A DNA stretch of 38,038 nucleotides from Octopus bimaculoides (Eukaryota): contig NC_068981.1 of NCBI RefSeq assembly GCF_001194135.2, positions 195,000,689-195,038,726 of the forward strand, read 5' to 3'. Position 1 is the first letter of the stretch. The number at the start of each line of letters is the position of its first letter. Under the pieces are notes generated by a model that was given only the letters and a program-made list of their open reading frames with translations, had not been told where the DNA came from and searched no databases. A program made the position numbers and the translations under genes. Below are positions 1 through 11,180 of this stretch, one piece after another.

Positions 1-59
<59 letters not shown>
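1..59. repeat. (CT)n microsatellite
   Basis: Pure CT dinucleotide run at the window start. Confidence 0.97.
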
Positions 60-63
<4 letters not shown>

Positions 64-357
64 CTTCTCTCACTGCCATTTCTAAGATGGCAGTGTCATA
101 GTTATCCTCTAAAGGAATCGTAAAAAATTATTTACCTTAATTTTTTTTCCTCTCATTTTCCGCTCGAAAATTGTGGACAGAGAAAAAAAACAGTCAAGTT
201 TTATTCCCTTAAATCGCTTTTTTTCCGATTTAAGCATTTAAGGTCGCATTAATTACTGCATTCCTACCAACACTGAAAAGAGGGGTTGGTCACCGTTGTA
301 ACGCCTTTCATCATAGACCTGCCCGATCAGCTTGACTGAACGAGAGCAAACAAAAGA

Positions 358-377
358 TAACAACAAAAAGATGAACA

Positions 378-425
<48 letters not shown>

Positions 426-430
426 GCTAC

Positions 431-464
<34 letters not shown>

Positions 465-493
465 GCTACTGCTGCTGCTGCTACTGCTGCTGC
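358..493. repeat. Compound trinucleotide microsatellite AAC > (CTA)n > (CTG)n
   Basis: Read directly; it explains the poly-S and poly-Y/C ORFs at 327-544. Confidence 0.95.
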
Positions 494-501
494 ATATATC
501 T

Positions 502-555
502 AGTGCAGTGGTTAAAGCATTCAATTGTAAATTCTCGTTCGTGAGTTCGATCTAA
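502..555 (+). mobile_element. Degenerate tRNA-like (SINE head) remnant
   Basis: A-box-like GTGCAGTGGTTAA and B-box-like GAGTTCGATCT at tRNA-like spacing; no recognisable body follows. Confidence 0.35.
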
Positions 556-1433
556 GTTAAAGGTGTCTGCGGATGAGCGGGGAGTAAAGAAACAGAAAAG
601 AGTATATAAATAAATACAAAAAAAAAAAAAAATCTCGAAAGATGACGATTTTGAATATTCTGGTGAAATTTGGTTGGACGTTGAAGAAACGATGATACAG
701 AAATATCGGCATCCCTTATCTATGATAAGCCATTATCGGGAGAAGTATTAATATTCCGTGAAACATAGACGGAAATGATCTATGCACGAAGGCAATACTT
801 CATGGTTGAATAAACATGGCGTCACTTGTGATAACAATATGGCGTTGTATAGTGGACACACGTGACAACCAGGGGAACCAGGTATGTGTTGGTTATAGTA
901 TAAAGTTTTCTAGAAATCTCTTATCAAATATATCTATAAATTTATGTTACGATATAATTCTTCTTATCAATGGAAGGCAGAAGGGAATTCCTTAATTTCG
1001 ATACTGATAGTTCGGTTAGTTATTTATTCCATTGTCTTTGGGGTAAATAGAAGAATTTAAGTTCATTCTCGTTTAAATTTCTAGTTTTAAAACTCCTGTC
1101 TTCAAGGACGATCTCAGTAGAAATGAAACATCAGACTTTAAACTTGAGATGCAAGGAGAAATTTTGTGAGGAGAAAATAAGCAAAACGAAGATTGAATAC
1201 ATGTTAGAAAGTAGCAAATTGCATCAATATATTTCGACATTAGATTGACAAATATGAAAGAAGACAATATATTCACATAAAATACATATTTACACAATGG
1301 AGCATAAGAGAAGTTTATTTCTCACGCACAAACATACAAATATGCTTGCTACGTACTTACTCACAACATACATATATATACACCTATATGTATATATAAA
1401 TATATATAAATCTATATATTTATGTGTATTCAA

Positions 1434-1483
<50 letters not shown>

Positions 1484-1527
1484 AAAAAAGACAAGGTAGA
1501 AAATGCTAAAATACTTTTATAAAAAAC

Positions 1528-1572
1528 ATTTCAGGACCGGTTTCGATCCTTGAGATGTTTTCAACTGTAAAT
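1528..1572 (-). ncRNA. Degenerate minimal type I hammerhead-ribozyme-like motif (Penelope-type)
   Basis: Minus strand: ATTTACAG-TTGAAAA-CATC-TCAAG-GATC-GAAAC-CG-GTC-CTGAAAT. GAAAC, palindromic stem III (ACCGGT), GUC triplet and stem I (ATTT-A-CAG/CTG-AAAT) are present. The core deviates from CUGANGA at two positions and the first stem II pair is broken. Confidence 0.4.
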
Positions 1573-2709
1573 ATGGATAACAAATTTTGAAAAAATAAAA
1601 TTTTGGCGAACTTAAATGAAAAGTCTTTTTAAAAACATATTTGTATAGTATTCAAATACCAGGGGAATTTTCCTTGTTTCTGTCTGTCTCTATTTCACTT
1701 GTTAACACTTGTGGGTTCAAGGTCGTTGCGAATCCTTAGCTAAGAAGAAGAAAAAGAAGAAGAAGAAGAAGAAGAAGTGGAAGTGCTATGATAGTAGCAG
1801 AGTGTTAATTGGTTAAGTGTCCTGAAAATGACCTGTTGTTGACGGGAGTAGTGATTTGAATTCTTGACAAATCTCTTTTGAATGTATTAATATATATATA
1901 TATATATATTATATTATATTATATGTAATATATGGTATAATTATAAACAGGTCAAATTTTTAACCATTTCTCCGCAGACTGAGAAAAATGATGAACAACC
2001 TTAATCGATTTTTGAACCTTATTGGGTTCTCGTCAGAGGCGTCTACATCATTCTGACAGTCTCCAGAGAAACAAGCAGCCAAGCTGTTTATATAGTCAAC
2101 ACACACACNNNNNNNNNNNNNNNNNNNNNNNNNNNNNNNNNNNNNNNNNNNNNNNNNNNNNNNNNNNNNNNNNNNNNNNNNNNNNNNNNNNNNNNNNNNN
2201 NNNNNNNNNNNNNNNNNNNNNNNNNNNNNNNNNNNNNNNNNNNNNNNNNNNNNNNNNNNNNNNNNNNNNNNNNNNNNNNNNNNNNNNNNNNNNNNNNNNN
2301 NNNNNNNNNNNNNNNNNNNNNNNNNNNNNNNNNNNNNNNNNNNNNNNNNNNNNNNNNNNNNNNNNNNNNNNNNNNNNNNNNNNNNNNNNNNNNNNNNNNN
2401 NNNNNNNNNNNNNNNNNNNNNNNNNNNNNNNNNNNNNNNNNNNNNNNNNNNNNNNNNNNNNNNNNNNNNNNNNNNNNNNNNNNNNNNNNNNNNNNNNNNN
2501 NNNNNNNNNNNNNNNNNNNNNNNNNNNNNNNNNNNNNNNNNNNNNNNNNNNNNNNNNNNNNNNNNNNNNNNNNNNNNNNNNNNNNNNNNNNNATTAATAA
2601 ACATGCAGTCTACTAAAGAGCACCGAGGAATCCATCAGTTCAATGTAAAGCTGTTTTGATGTTTAACTTGAAATGACACGATTTATGTGTGTACGTGCGC
2701 GCGTGTATG

Positions 2710-2765
<56 letters not shown>

Positions 2766-2954
2766 CGCGTGCTTCTGTATGCGTGTATATGTACATATGC
2801 ATGTGTGTGAGTGTGTGTGCGTGCGGGTGCATGCGACGAGTTTTCACATAATTTCCAGCGGCCTAATTCCGATTGAAACAGAACGGTCAACTCCAGGCTA
2901 TAACTGAAGGCATTAGCCATAGGATTCTGAAATTCTTTCAGCAATACTTTCAGC

Positions 2955-2993
<39 letters not shown>

Positions 2994-3136
2994 TGAATAT
3001 ATGTATATATGTACACATATGCATATATGCATATATATATATTGTATATATAGATGCATACATATATCTGTATGTATATATATATATGCATGTATATATA
3101 TGAATATCTATATATGTATAATTTATATATATACAC

Positions 3137-3208
<72 letters not shown>

Positions 3209-3219
3209 GTATATGTATG

Positions 3220-3253
<34 letters not shown>

Positions 3254-3400
3254 TGCGTGCAAACATAAAGGTAATGTAATACATGTAAACACATGTACAT
3301 CTGTATTTGTATAAAAGTGTTTTTCTTCTGAGCATCACATTGTAACAAGATTATATAATTAAGTGTGAGGGGAGAGAGTAAGGAAGAAGGGAGTGTGAAA

Positions 3401-3452
3401 GAGGAGGTGGGAGTGGAGGAAGAGGAGGTGGGAATGGAGGAAGAGGAGGTGG
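3401..3452. repeat. 21-bp purine-rich minisatellite, about 2.5 copies
   Basis: GAGGAGGTGGGAGTGGAGGAA / GAGGAGGTGGGAATGGAGGAA / GAGGAGGTGG. Confidence 0.85.
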
Positions 3453-4882
3453 TGAATAAAAACACATCTTAAATATATTGTATATCGCCATCTTTGGTGA
3501 AGTGCTGAAAATTGTCATTAAATTGAATTAAATTAAGAAAAAAAAAACAAGACGATAGAAGTTCCATGTATGTATGTATGTGAATATACACATTTATATA
3601 CAAACATATATATGTATAAATGTGTATTTATATACGAATGTATCTATATACGTTTGTATATGTATATACATGTGCATGTGTGTGAGTGTGTGTGTATTTG
3701 TATGTGTATATGCACGTACCTACGTTGGGATATATATACACACTTGCATGTATGTATGCATGTATGTATGTATACATGCATGTTTATATGTATGCGTGTG
3801 TATGTATATGTGGATGTATCAACGTCTCGAATATGCCTGCTTGTGTATACGTAGTTTTATATAGATTTTTTCATTACGTTTATTTATTTTCTCCTTTTTT
3901 TGCCAAGACAAATTCCTTTTTAATTTGGCAAGTGATTCCGTGAAACTGGAAGAAAGGAGATAAAATGAATGATGAATATATATGTACATCACTAAAGAGA
4001 CAGATAAATAAACATGTAAGTAAGCAAACACATCTATATACAAAAAAAACATATATATATTTATTAAAGAATATATGTATGTGTGTATATATATATATAT
4101 TTCTATATTAGTATATANNNNNNNNNNNNNNNNNNNNNNNNNNNNNNNNNNNNNNNNNNNNNNNNNNNNNNNNNNNNNNNNNNNNNNNNNNNNNNNNNNN
4201 NNNNNNNNNNNNNNNNNNNNNNNNNNNNNNNNNNNNNNNNNNNNNNNNNNNNNNNNNNNNNNNNNNNNNNNNNNNNNNNNNNNNNNNNNNNNNNNNNNNN
4301 NNNNNNNNNNNNNNNNNNNNNNNNNNNNNNNNNNNNNNNNNNNNNNNNNNNNNNNNNNNNNNNNNNNNNNNNNNNNNNNNNNNNNNNNNNNNNNNNNNNN
4401 NNNNNNNNNNNNNNNNNNNNNNNNNNNNNNNNNNNNNNNNNNNNNNNNNNNNNNNNNNNNNNNNNNNNNNNNNNNNNNNNNNNNNNNNNNNNNNNNNNNN
4501 NNNNNNNNNNNNNNNNNNNNNNNNNNNNNNNNNNNNNNNNNNNNNNNNNNNNNNNNNNNNNNNNNNNNNNNNNNNNNNNNNNNNNNNNNNNNNNNNNNNN
4601 NNNNNNNNNNNNNNNNNNNNNNNNNNNNNNNNNNNNNNNNNNNNNNNNNNNNNNNAAAACATAAAGACGAAAACTAAGGAGTCCTCTCAAAGAAATAAAA
4701 GCCCGAACGCCGCCATGTATAAGTAAAAGAGAATAAAATATCTGAAAAAACAAATTTTAATAAATAGTAATAAAAATTATATAAGCCTCCAGATAGATAT
4801 ATCAAAGCAATTCAATTAATTGGGTTTTTTTTTTTTTGGTCTGCCTCCACATCATAGTGGAGATGATGTACATGTGTGAAGA

Positions 4883-5424
4883 ATGCTTATGAGGGCAGTG
4901 TTGACGTTCGTGATGCTGCTGCTGATGATGATGGTGGTTGCTGGTGGTGGTAGTGGTGGAGGTGATAGTGGTGGTGGTGGTGGTGGTGATGCTGATTATG
5001 ATGGTGTGAACGACGACGACTACGATGGCTGCGGCGATGATGATGATGATGACGATGATGATGATGATGAAGATGATGATGACAACGACGACGACGACGA
5101 CAACGATGATGATGATGTTGATGATGAGGATGACGATGATGATGATGATGACGACGTTGATGATGACGACGTTGATGATGACGTTGATGATAATGATGAT
5201 GATGATGATGATGGTGATATGTGGTAGTTGTGTTGAAACTAGTGTTCATGCTGGTTCTGGTCGTGGTGGGAGTGATGCTGATGATGGAGTTGCTGGTAGT
5301 GATGATGCTGATGAAGATGAAAACGGTGCCGATGATGGTGACGGCGATGATGCTGTTGTTGGTAACAGCATGGTGATAGCAGTAACGATGACAATGATGA
5401 TGATGATGATGATAATGATGATGG

Positions 5425-5468
<44 letters not shown>

Positions 5469-5525
5469 TTGATGATGATGATGATGATGATGACGACGAT
5501 GACGACGACGACAAGGATGATGATG
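4883..5525. repeat. Long compound (GAT/GAC/GGT)n trinucleotide tract
   Basis: Read directly; gives poly-D, poly-M and poly-H/S pseudo-ORFs and runs into a gap. Confidence 0.93.
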
Positions 5526-6499
5526 NNNNNNNNNNNNNNNNNNNNNNNNNNNNNNNNNNNNNNNNNNNNNNNNNNNNNNNNNNNNNNNNNNNNNNNNNNN
5601 NNNNNNNNNNNNNNNNNNNNNNNNNNNNNNNNNNNNNNNNNNNNNNNNNNNNNNNNNNNNNNNNNNNNNNNNNNNNNNNNNNNNNNNNNNNNNNNNNNNN
5701 NNNNNNNNNNNNNNNNNNNNNNNNNNNNNNNNNNNNNNNNNNNNNNNNNNNNNNNNNNNNNNNNNNNNNNNNNNNNNNNNNNNNNNNNNNNNNNNNNNNN
5801 NNNNNNNNNNNNNNNNNNNNNNNNNNNNNNNNNNNNNNNNNNNNNNNNNNNNNNNNNNNNNNNNNNNNNNNNNNNNNNNNNNNNNNNNNNNNNNNNNNNN
5901 NNNNNNNNNNNNNNNNNNNNNNNNNNNNNNNNNNNNNNNNNNNNNNNNNNNNNNNNNNNNNNNNNNNNNNNNNNNNNNNNNNNNNNNNNNNNNNNNNNNN
6001 NNNNNNNNNNNNNNNNNNNNNNNNNNNNNNNNNNNNNNNNNNNNNNNNNNNNNNNNNNNNNNNNNNNNNNNNNNNNNNNNNNNNNNNNNNNNNNNNNNNN
6101 NNNNNNNNNNNNNNNNNNNNNNNNNNNNNNNNNNNNNNNNNNNNNNNNNNNNNNNNNNNNNNNNNNNNNNNNNNNNNNNNNNNNNNNNNNNNNNNNNNNN
6201 NNNNNNNNNNNNNNNNNNNNNNNNNNNNNNNNNNNNNNNNNNNNNNNNNNNNNNNNNNNNNNNNNNNNNNNNNNNNNNNNNNNNNNNNNNNNNNNNNNNN
6301 NNNNNNNNNNNNNNNNNNNNNNNNNNNNNNNNNNNNNNNNNNNNNNNNNNNNNNNNNNNNNNNNNNNNNNNNNNNNNNNNNNNNNNNNNNNNNNNNNNNN
6401 NNNNNNNNNNNNNNNNNNNNNNNNNNNNNNNNNNNNNNNNNNNNNNNNNNNNNNNNNNNNNNNNNNNNNNNNNNNNNNNNNNNNNNNNNNNNNNNNNNN

Positions 6500-6554
<55 letters not shown>

Positions 6555-7886
6555 ACATACATACATATATGTATGTGTGTTTGTGTGCGTATATATATAT
6601 GAATATGTTTATACATGTGTATGCATATGTTTATAGATGCATACATACATGCATACATATATACATATATATATATATATGTTCACATATATGTATGTGT
6701 GTTTCATGTATGTGTATACACATATATAGCTACAAATATGTGTATATACACTAAACACTACGCCATGTGTATGCTCATAGATGTACTTCAGAGATAGCAT
6801 ATACGAAAATAAACACGTATCTACCAAACCCACATATTAGAGATATCCCATAATGCTACTGTATCTCTCTACGTTAAACTCACGTTCATTCAGGTAAACA
6901 ACCATATTGGACATGATAATTCATGTTTTACATTCATCGACAACGCTACATTTACAAATTCGTCATAATGTTAAAAACGCGAATTACGACTCTGCGTATG
7001 ATATTTTTAAGTGTTTTGTTTTATATATTTGTTATATTTTCTAGATTGCTGTGAGTAGAGAGAAGTGTATTATATATGGTGTACATAGATGTACACTCCA
7101 AAAATTATGGTGTATATATATACATGTTATTTTTGGGATTTACAATTTATATATATATATATATATATATATAAATACATATATACATATATATATGGTG
7201 TACATGGTGTACATACACACACACACNNNNNNNNNNNNNNNNNNNNNNNNNNNNNNNNNNNNNNNNNNNNNNNNNNNNNNNNNNNNNNNNNNNNNNNNNN
7301 NNNNNNNNNNNNNNNNNNNNNNNNNNNNNNNNNNNNNNNNNNNNNNNNNNNNNNNNNNNNNNNNNNNNNNNNNNNNNNNNNNNNNNNNNNNNNNNNNNNN
7401 NNNNNNNNNNNNNNNNNNNNNNNNNNNNNNNNNNNNNNNNNNNNNNNNNNNNNNNNNNNNNNNNNNNNNNNNNNNNNNNNNNNNNNNNNNNNNNNNNNNN
7501 NNNNNNNNNNNNNNNNNNNNNNNNNNNNNNNNNNNNNNNNNNNNNNNNNNNNNNNNNNNNNNNNNNNNNNNNNNNNNNNNNNNNNNNNNNNNNNNNNNNN
7601 NNNNNNNNNNNNNNNNNNNNNNNNNNNNNNNNNNNNNNNNNNNNNNNNNNNNNNNNNNNNNNNNNNNNNNNNNNNNNNNNNNNNNNNNNNNNNNNNNNNN
7701 NNNNNNNNNNNNNNNNNNNNNNNNNNNNNNNNNNNNNNNNNNNNNNNNNNNNNNNNNNNNNNNNNNNNNNNNNNNNNNNNNNNNNNNNNNNNNNNNNNNN
7801 NNNNNNNNNNNNNNNNNNNNNNNNNNNNNNNNNNNNNNNNNNNNNNNNNNNNNNNNNNNNNNNNNNNNNNNNNNNNNNNNNNNNNN

Positions 7887-7923
<37 letters not shown>

Positions 7924-7944
7924 TATATACATATTTGTATAATT

Positions 7945-8123
7945 ATTTCTTAATTGCCCACAAGGGGCTAAACATAGAGGGGACAAACAAGGACAGACAA
8001 AGTGATGAAGTCAATTACATCGATCTCAGTGCATAACTGGCATTTATTTAATCGACCCCAAAAGGATGAAAGGCAAAGTTTACCTCGGTGGAATTTGAAC
8101 TCAGAACGTAACGGCAACGAAAT
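7945..8123 (-). mobile_element. SINE family B, 5'-truncated, variant 3' tail
   Basis: Matches the other B copies (ATCGACCCC..AAGGATGAAAGGCAAAGT..ACCTCGG.GGAATTTGAACTCAGAACGTAA); ends at a TA run next to a family A copy. Confidence 0.85.
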
Positions 8124-8137
8124 ATATATATACATAT

Positions 8138-8308
8138 ACGACAGGCTTCTTTCAGTTTCCGTCTACCAAATCCATTCACACGGCTTTGGTTGGCCTGAGG
8201 CTATAGTAGAAGACACTTGCCCAAGGTGCCACGCAGTGAGACTGAGACTGAACCCGAAACGATGAGGTTGGTAAGCAAGCTACTTACCACATAGGCCCGC
8301 TTGCGCCT
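8138..8308 (-). mobile_element. SINE family A, left (tRNA + CORE-like) arm only
   Basis: Reverse complement of the 10618-10780 arm; tRNA-like head with A/B boxes. Confidence 0.9.
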
Positions 8309-9279
8309 ATGAATGTATTCCATATGAATGCATTCCTGAAAGTTTCATCGCCATATCTTTAACAATGTTTGTGTTGATAAGTGCACAAAGAGGGAGGGAG
8401 AGAGAAAAAGAGAGGGCAAGGAGAGGAAACACAACGTATTTAATCCTCCACTCAGTCAAAACCGAGAACTCGTACGCTGTTGGTTTAGAAGCAAATTATA
8501 GATTTTACCCAATACTTTTCAATTAAGTACTATGATTAATTAATTGTTGTAACCGAAACTTATTAATTAATTACAAGCATAATGAGATTCTTCAATCCAG
8601 CATTAGCTTGGGGAATAGTTTGAGATGTTTGACAGAGTTGATCGTCTGGTTTCGTAACATTCTTACATAACATTCAAGGATCATATGGCGATTGTTTTAT
8701 TGACTTAGCGGATTGCTTATTTCATCAACTAAACGCGAGATAATACCATCTCAGACCATAATAACACCATCTCAGACACTATTCTTCTAAGAATTAATAC
8801 AGAAACTTATTAAATATTCTAAAAGTAGCGAATATTTGTAATAAACATTTATATACATTTATGCAGTTTTATATAATTGTATTTTATCCCTCGATAGCTT
8901 ACTCTTTTTTCCTTCAAAATACATTTGTATCGAGAAGATTTACACATCAGCCAATAATTCAGGTGTCAAAGTGATCATGTATGCCAGAGTACCATTCCGG
9001 TTTTCCTTATCATGCCTATAGGTAAAAGAATGACGATAATTCTTTTGAGTTGGTGATGGGTGCCTGAGTCTCTGCGGAACTTGGTTGTGAGTTTACTGGT
9101 CTCTACATTTACTTCTATCATGTAATAAGTTTAATTTTTGCAGTTTGGGTTATTTCAAGACGATGGAATTATTAACATATAGAATTCGATTTGATAACGG
9201 TTAACATTAGAAGAAATCTGTATGAGTCACTTAAAGACTTATTCAGAAGAATTACATTTGACACAAATTTACATGTATT

Positions 9280-9447
9280 TTCGTCTGTCTTTACGTTCTG
9301 AGTTCAAATTCTGCCGAGGTCAACTTTGCTTTCCATCCTTTAGGGGTCGATAAATTAAGTACCAGTTGCGTGCTGGGGTCGATCGAATTGACTGGCCCCC
9401 TCCCTACCAAAACATTCGGGCCTTGTGCCTATAGAAGAAAAACAAAT
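9280..9447 (+). mobile_element. SINE family B, 5'-truncated, with 14-bp TSD
   Basis: AATTTACATGTATT occurs at both 9266-9279 and 9448-9461; body matches the B consensus; A-rich tail. Confidence 0.92.
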
Positions 9448-9514
9448 AATTTACATGTATTCAACGTTTTAGACATCAGGGTGAAGTAATAAAAATAATT
9501 GATGTTAATTTAAA

Positions 9515-9729
9515 TCTTTTCTACTCTAGGCACAAGGCCCGAAAATTTTGGGGAGGGTACCAGTCGATTAGATCAACCCCAGTATGAAACTGGTACTTAT
9601 TTTATCGACCCCAAAAGAATGAAAGACAAAGTAGGCCTCGGAGGAATTTGTACTCAGAACGTAAAGACAGGCGAAATACCGCTAAGCATTTCACCCGGCG
9701 TGCTAACGCTTCTGCCAGCTCACCGCCTT
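9515..9729 (-). mobile_element. SINE family B, full length
   Basis: Own strand begins AAGGCGGTGAGCTGGCAGAAGCGTTAGC (A-box-like), B-box-like GAGTACAAATTCC, central TTCATTCTTTTGGGGTCGATAAAATAAGTACCAG. From memory this central block resembles the Meta/MESC SINE domain (unverified). Confidence 0.9.
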
Positions 9730-9787
9730 AGGAGTCTTAAATATTACGATAAAGATATTCGTAATAATACTGACCAGCAAGTTCGAG

Positions 9788-9961
9788 GAGGAGGAAAGTC
9801 GATTATATCGACCCCCAGTGCTCAGCCGGCACTCGTTTGATGACCGCCATCCCGGAAGGATGAAAGGCAAAGTCGACCTCGGAAGAATTTGGACTCAGAC
9901 GGACGAAATACCACTAAGCATTTTGCTCGGCATGGTAACGATTGTGCCAGTTTGCCGCCTT
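9788..9961 (-). mobile_element. SINE family B, diverged copy
   Basis: Same head and central block as 9515-9729, with more substitutions and a lost 3' end. Confidence 0.82.
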
Positions 9962-10617
9962 AATGTTAGTTACAGTATTAAAGTAAGTTTTAGTTGTACA
10001 TGTTTTGTTTCTTCCGCGCAATTAGCAAATATTAATATTAGAAATCTTGAAGAGATATTTACATCTACTTCTTTATATTTGTCTAATTGCCTAAAAATTG
10101 TCAGGGTTTAGTGCGAACGTATTTATACTAGATAATCCAATTTGTAAAGACTGTAGCAGTTTGATGTAGCGGTTTGACTGTGAACAATTTAAAGTTAATA
10201 TTTGCACAACATTGACACTCATTTAGAGAACTTGAAAGATCACTCGGCACACGTCTGTCAAAATATATTTGCGTTTTAAGAAATGATTATATCAGACACT
10301 ACAAAATTAACTCGAGGATATTTGGAAAAGTTACAAATTAAAAAGAAAAATGACCATTGTGAATTTTTGCCCGCAAATCAAATTATCGCTGTGCTGAGCT
10401 GAAATGATTAATTATTGATTAATTATTGAAACACACCAAAATCTCCCAATGCTATAAGCTGGAGTTATTTACTGCATTATTTGAAGAAACCTAGCATATG
10501 GCGTCATATATATATATATATATATGGACATATAGACACACACACACATATATATATATATTTATATATATACACATATGAGTATATAAACAGGAAAACT
10601 TATATATATTATATATA

Positions 10618-10782
10618 CGCGCAGGAGTGGATGTGTGGTAAGTAGCTTGCTTACCAACCACATGGTTCCGGGTTCAGTCCAACTGCGTGGCACCTTGGGC
10701 AAGTGTCTTCTACTAAAGTCTCGGGCCGGCCAAAGCTTTGTGAGTGGATTTGATAGACGGAAACTGAAAGAAGCCTGTCGTG

Positions 10783-10815
<33 letters not shown>

Positions 10816-11040
10816 ATGTATGAATGTATGTATATGTTTGTGTATGTGTGTTTGACCCCCGCAATCGCTTGGCAACCGATGCTGGTGTGTTTACGTCCTC
10901 GTAACTTAGCGGTTCGGCAAGTATAGTCCGATATAATAAGTACTAGACTTACAAAGAATAAGTCCTGGGGTCGATACGCTCGACTAAAGGCGGTGTTGAA
11001 GCATGGCCGCAGTCATATGACTTGAAACAAGTAAAAAGAA
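10618..11040 (+). mobile_element. SINE family A, full length (tRNA head, CORE-like block, internal TA/TG microsatellite, right arm, A-rich tail)
   Basis: A box TGGATGTGTGG and B box GGGTTCAGTCC; GTGGCACCTTGGGCAAGTGTCTT resembles the start of the CORE-SINE domain (from memory). Six further copies in the window; TA-rich flanks on both sides. Confidence 0.93.
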
Positions 11041-11106
11041 TATATATGATATATTTATGTATGTCTTGACGCAAAAATACACACTTACTCATACAAGCAT
11101 TTATGA

Positions 11107-11180
<74 letters not shown>

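Noticed and set aside
634-752. Short open frame SKDDDFEYSGEIWLDVEETMIQKYRHPLSMISHYREKY*
   Set aside because: Protein-like composition but no recognisable motif, start or splice acceptor.
1790-1875. Possible tRNA-like A/B boxes (TGGTTAAG ... GATTTGAATTC)
   Set aside because: Too degenerate; no body or second copy.
5305-5330. CTGATGA...GAAAAC inside the GAT tract as a hammerhead
   Set aside because: No stem II, I or III; expected by chance in GAT repeats.
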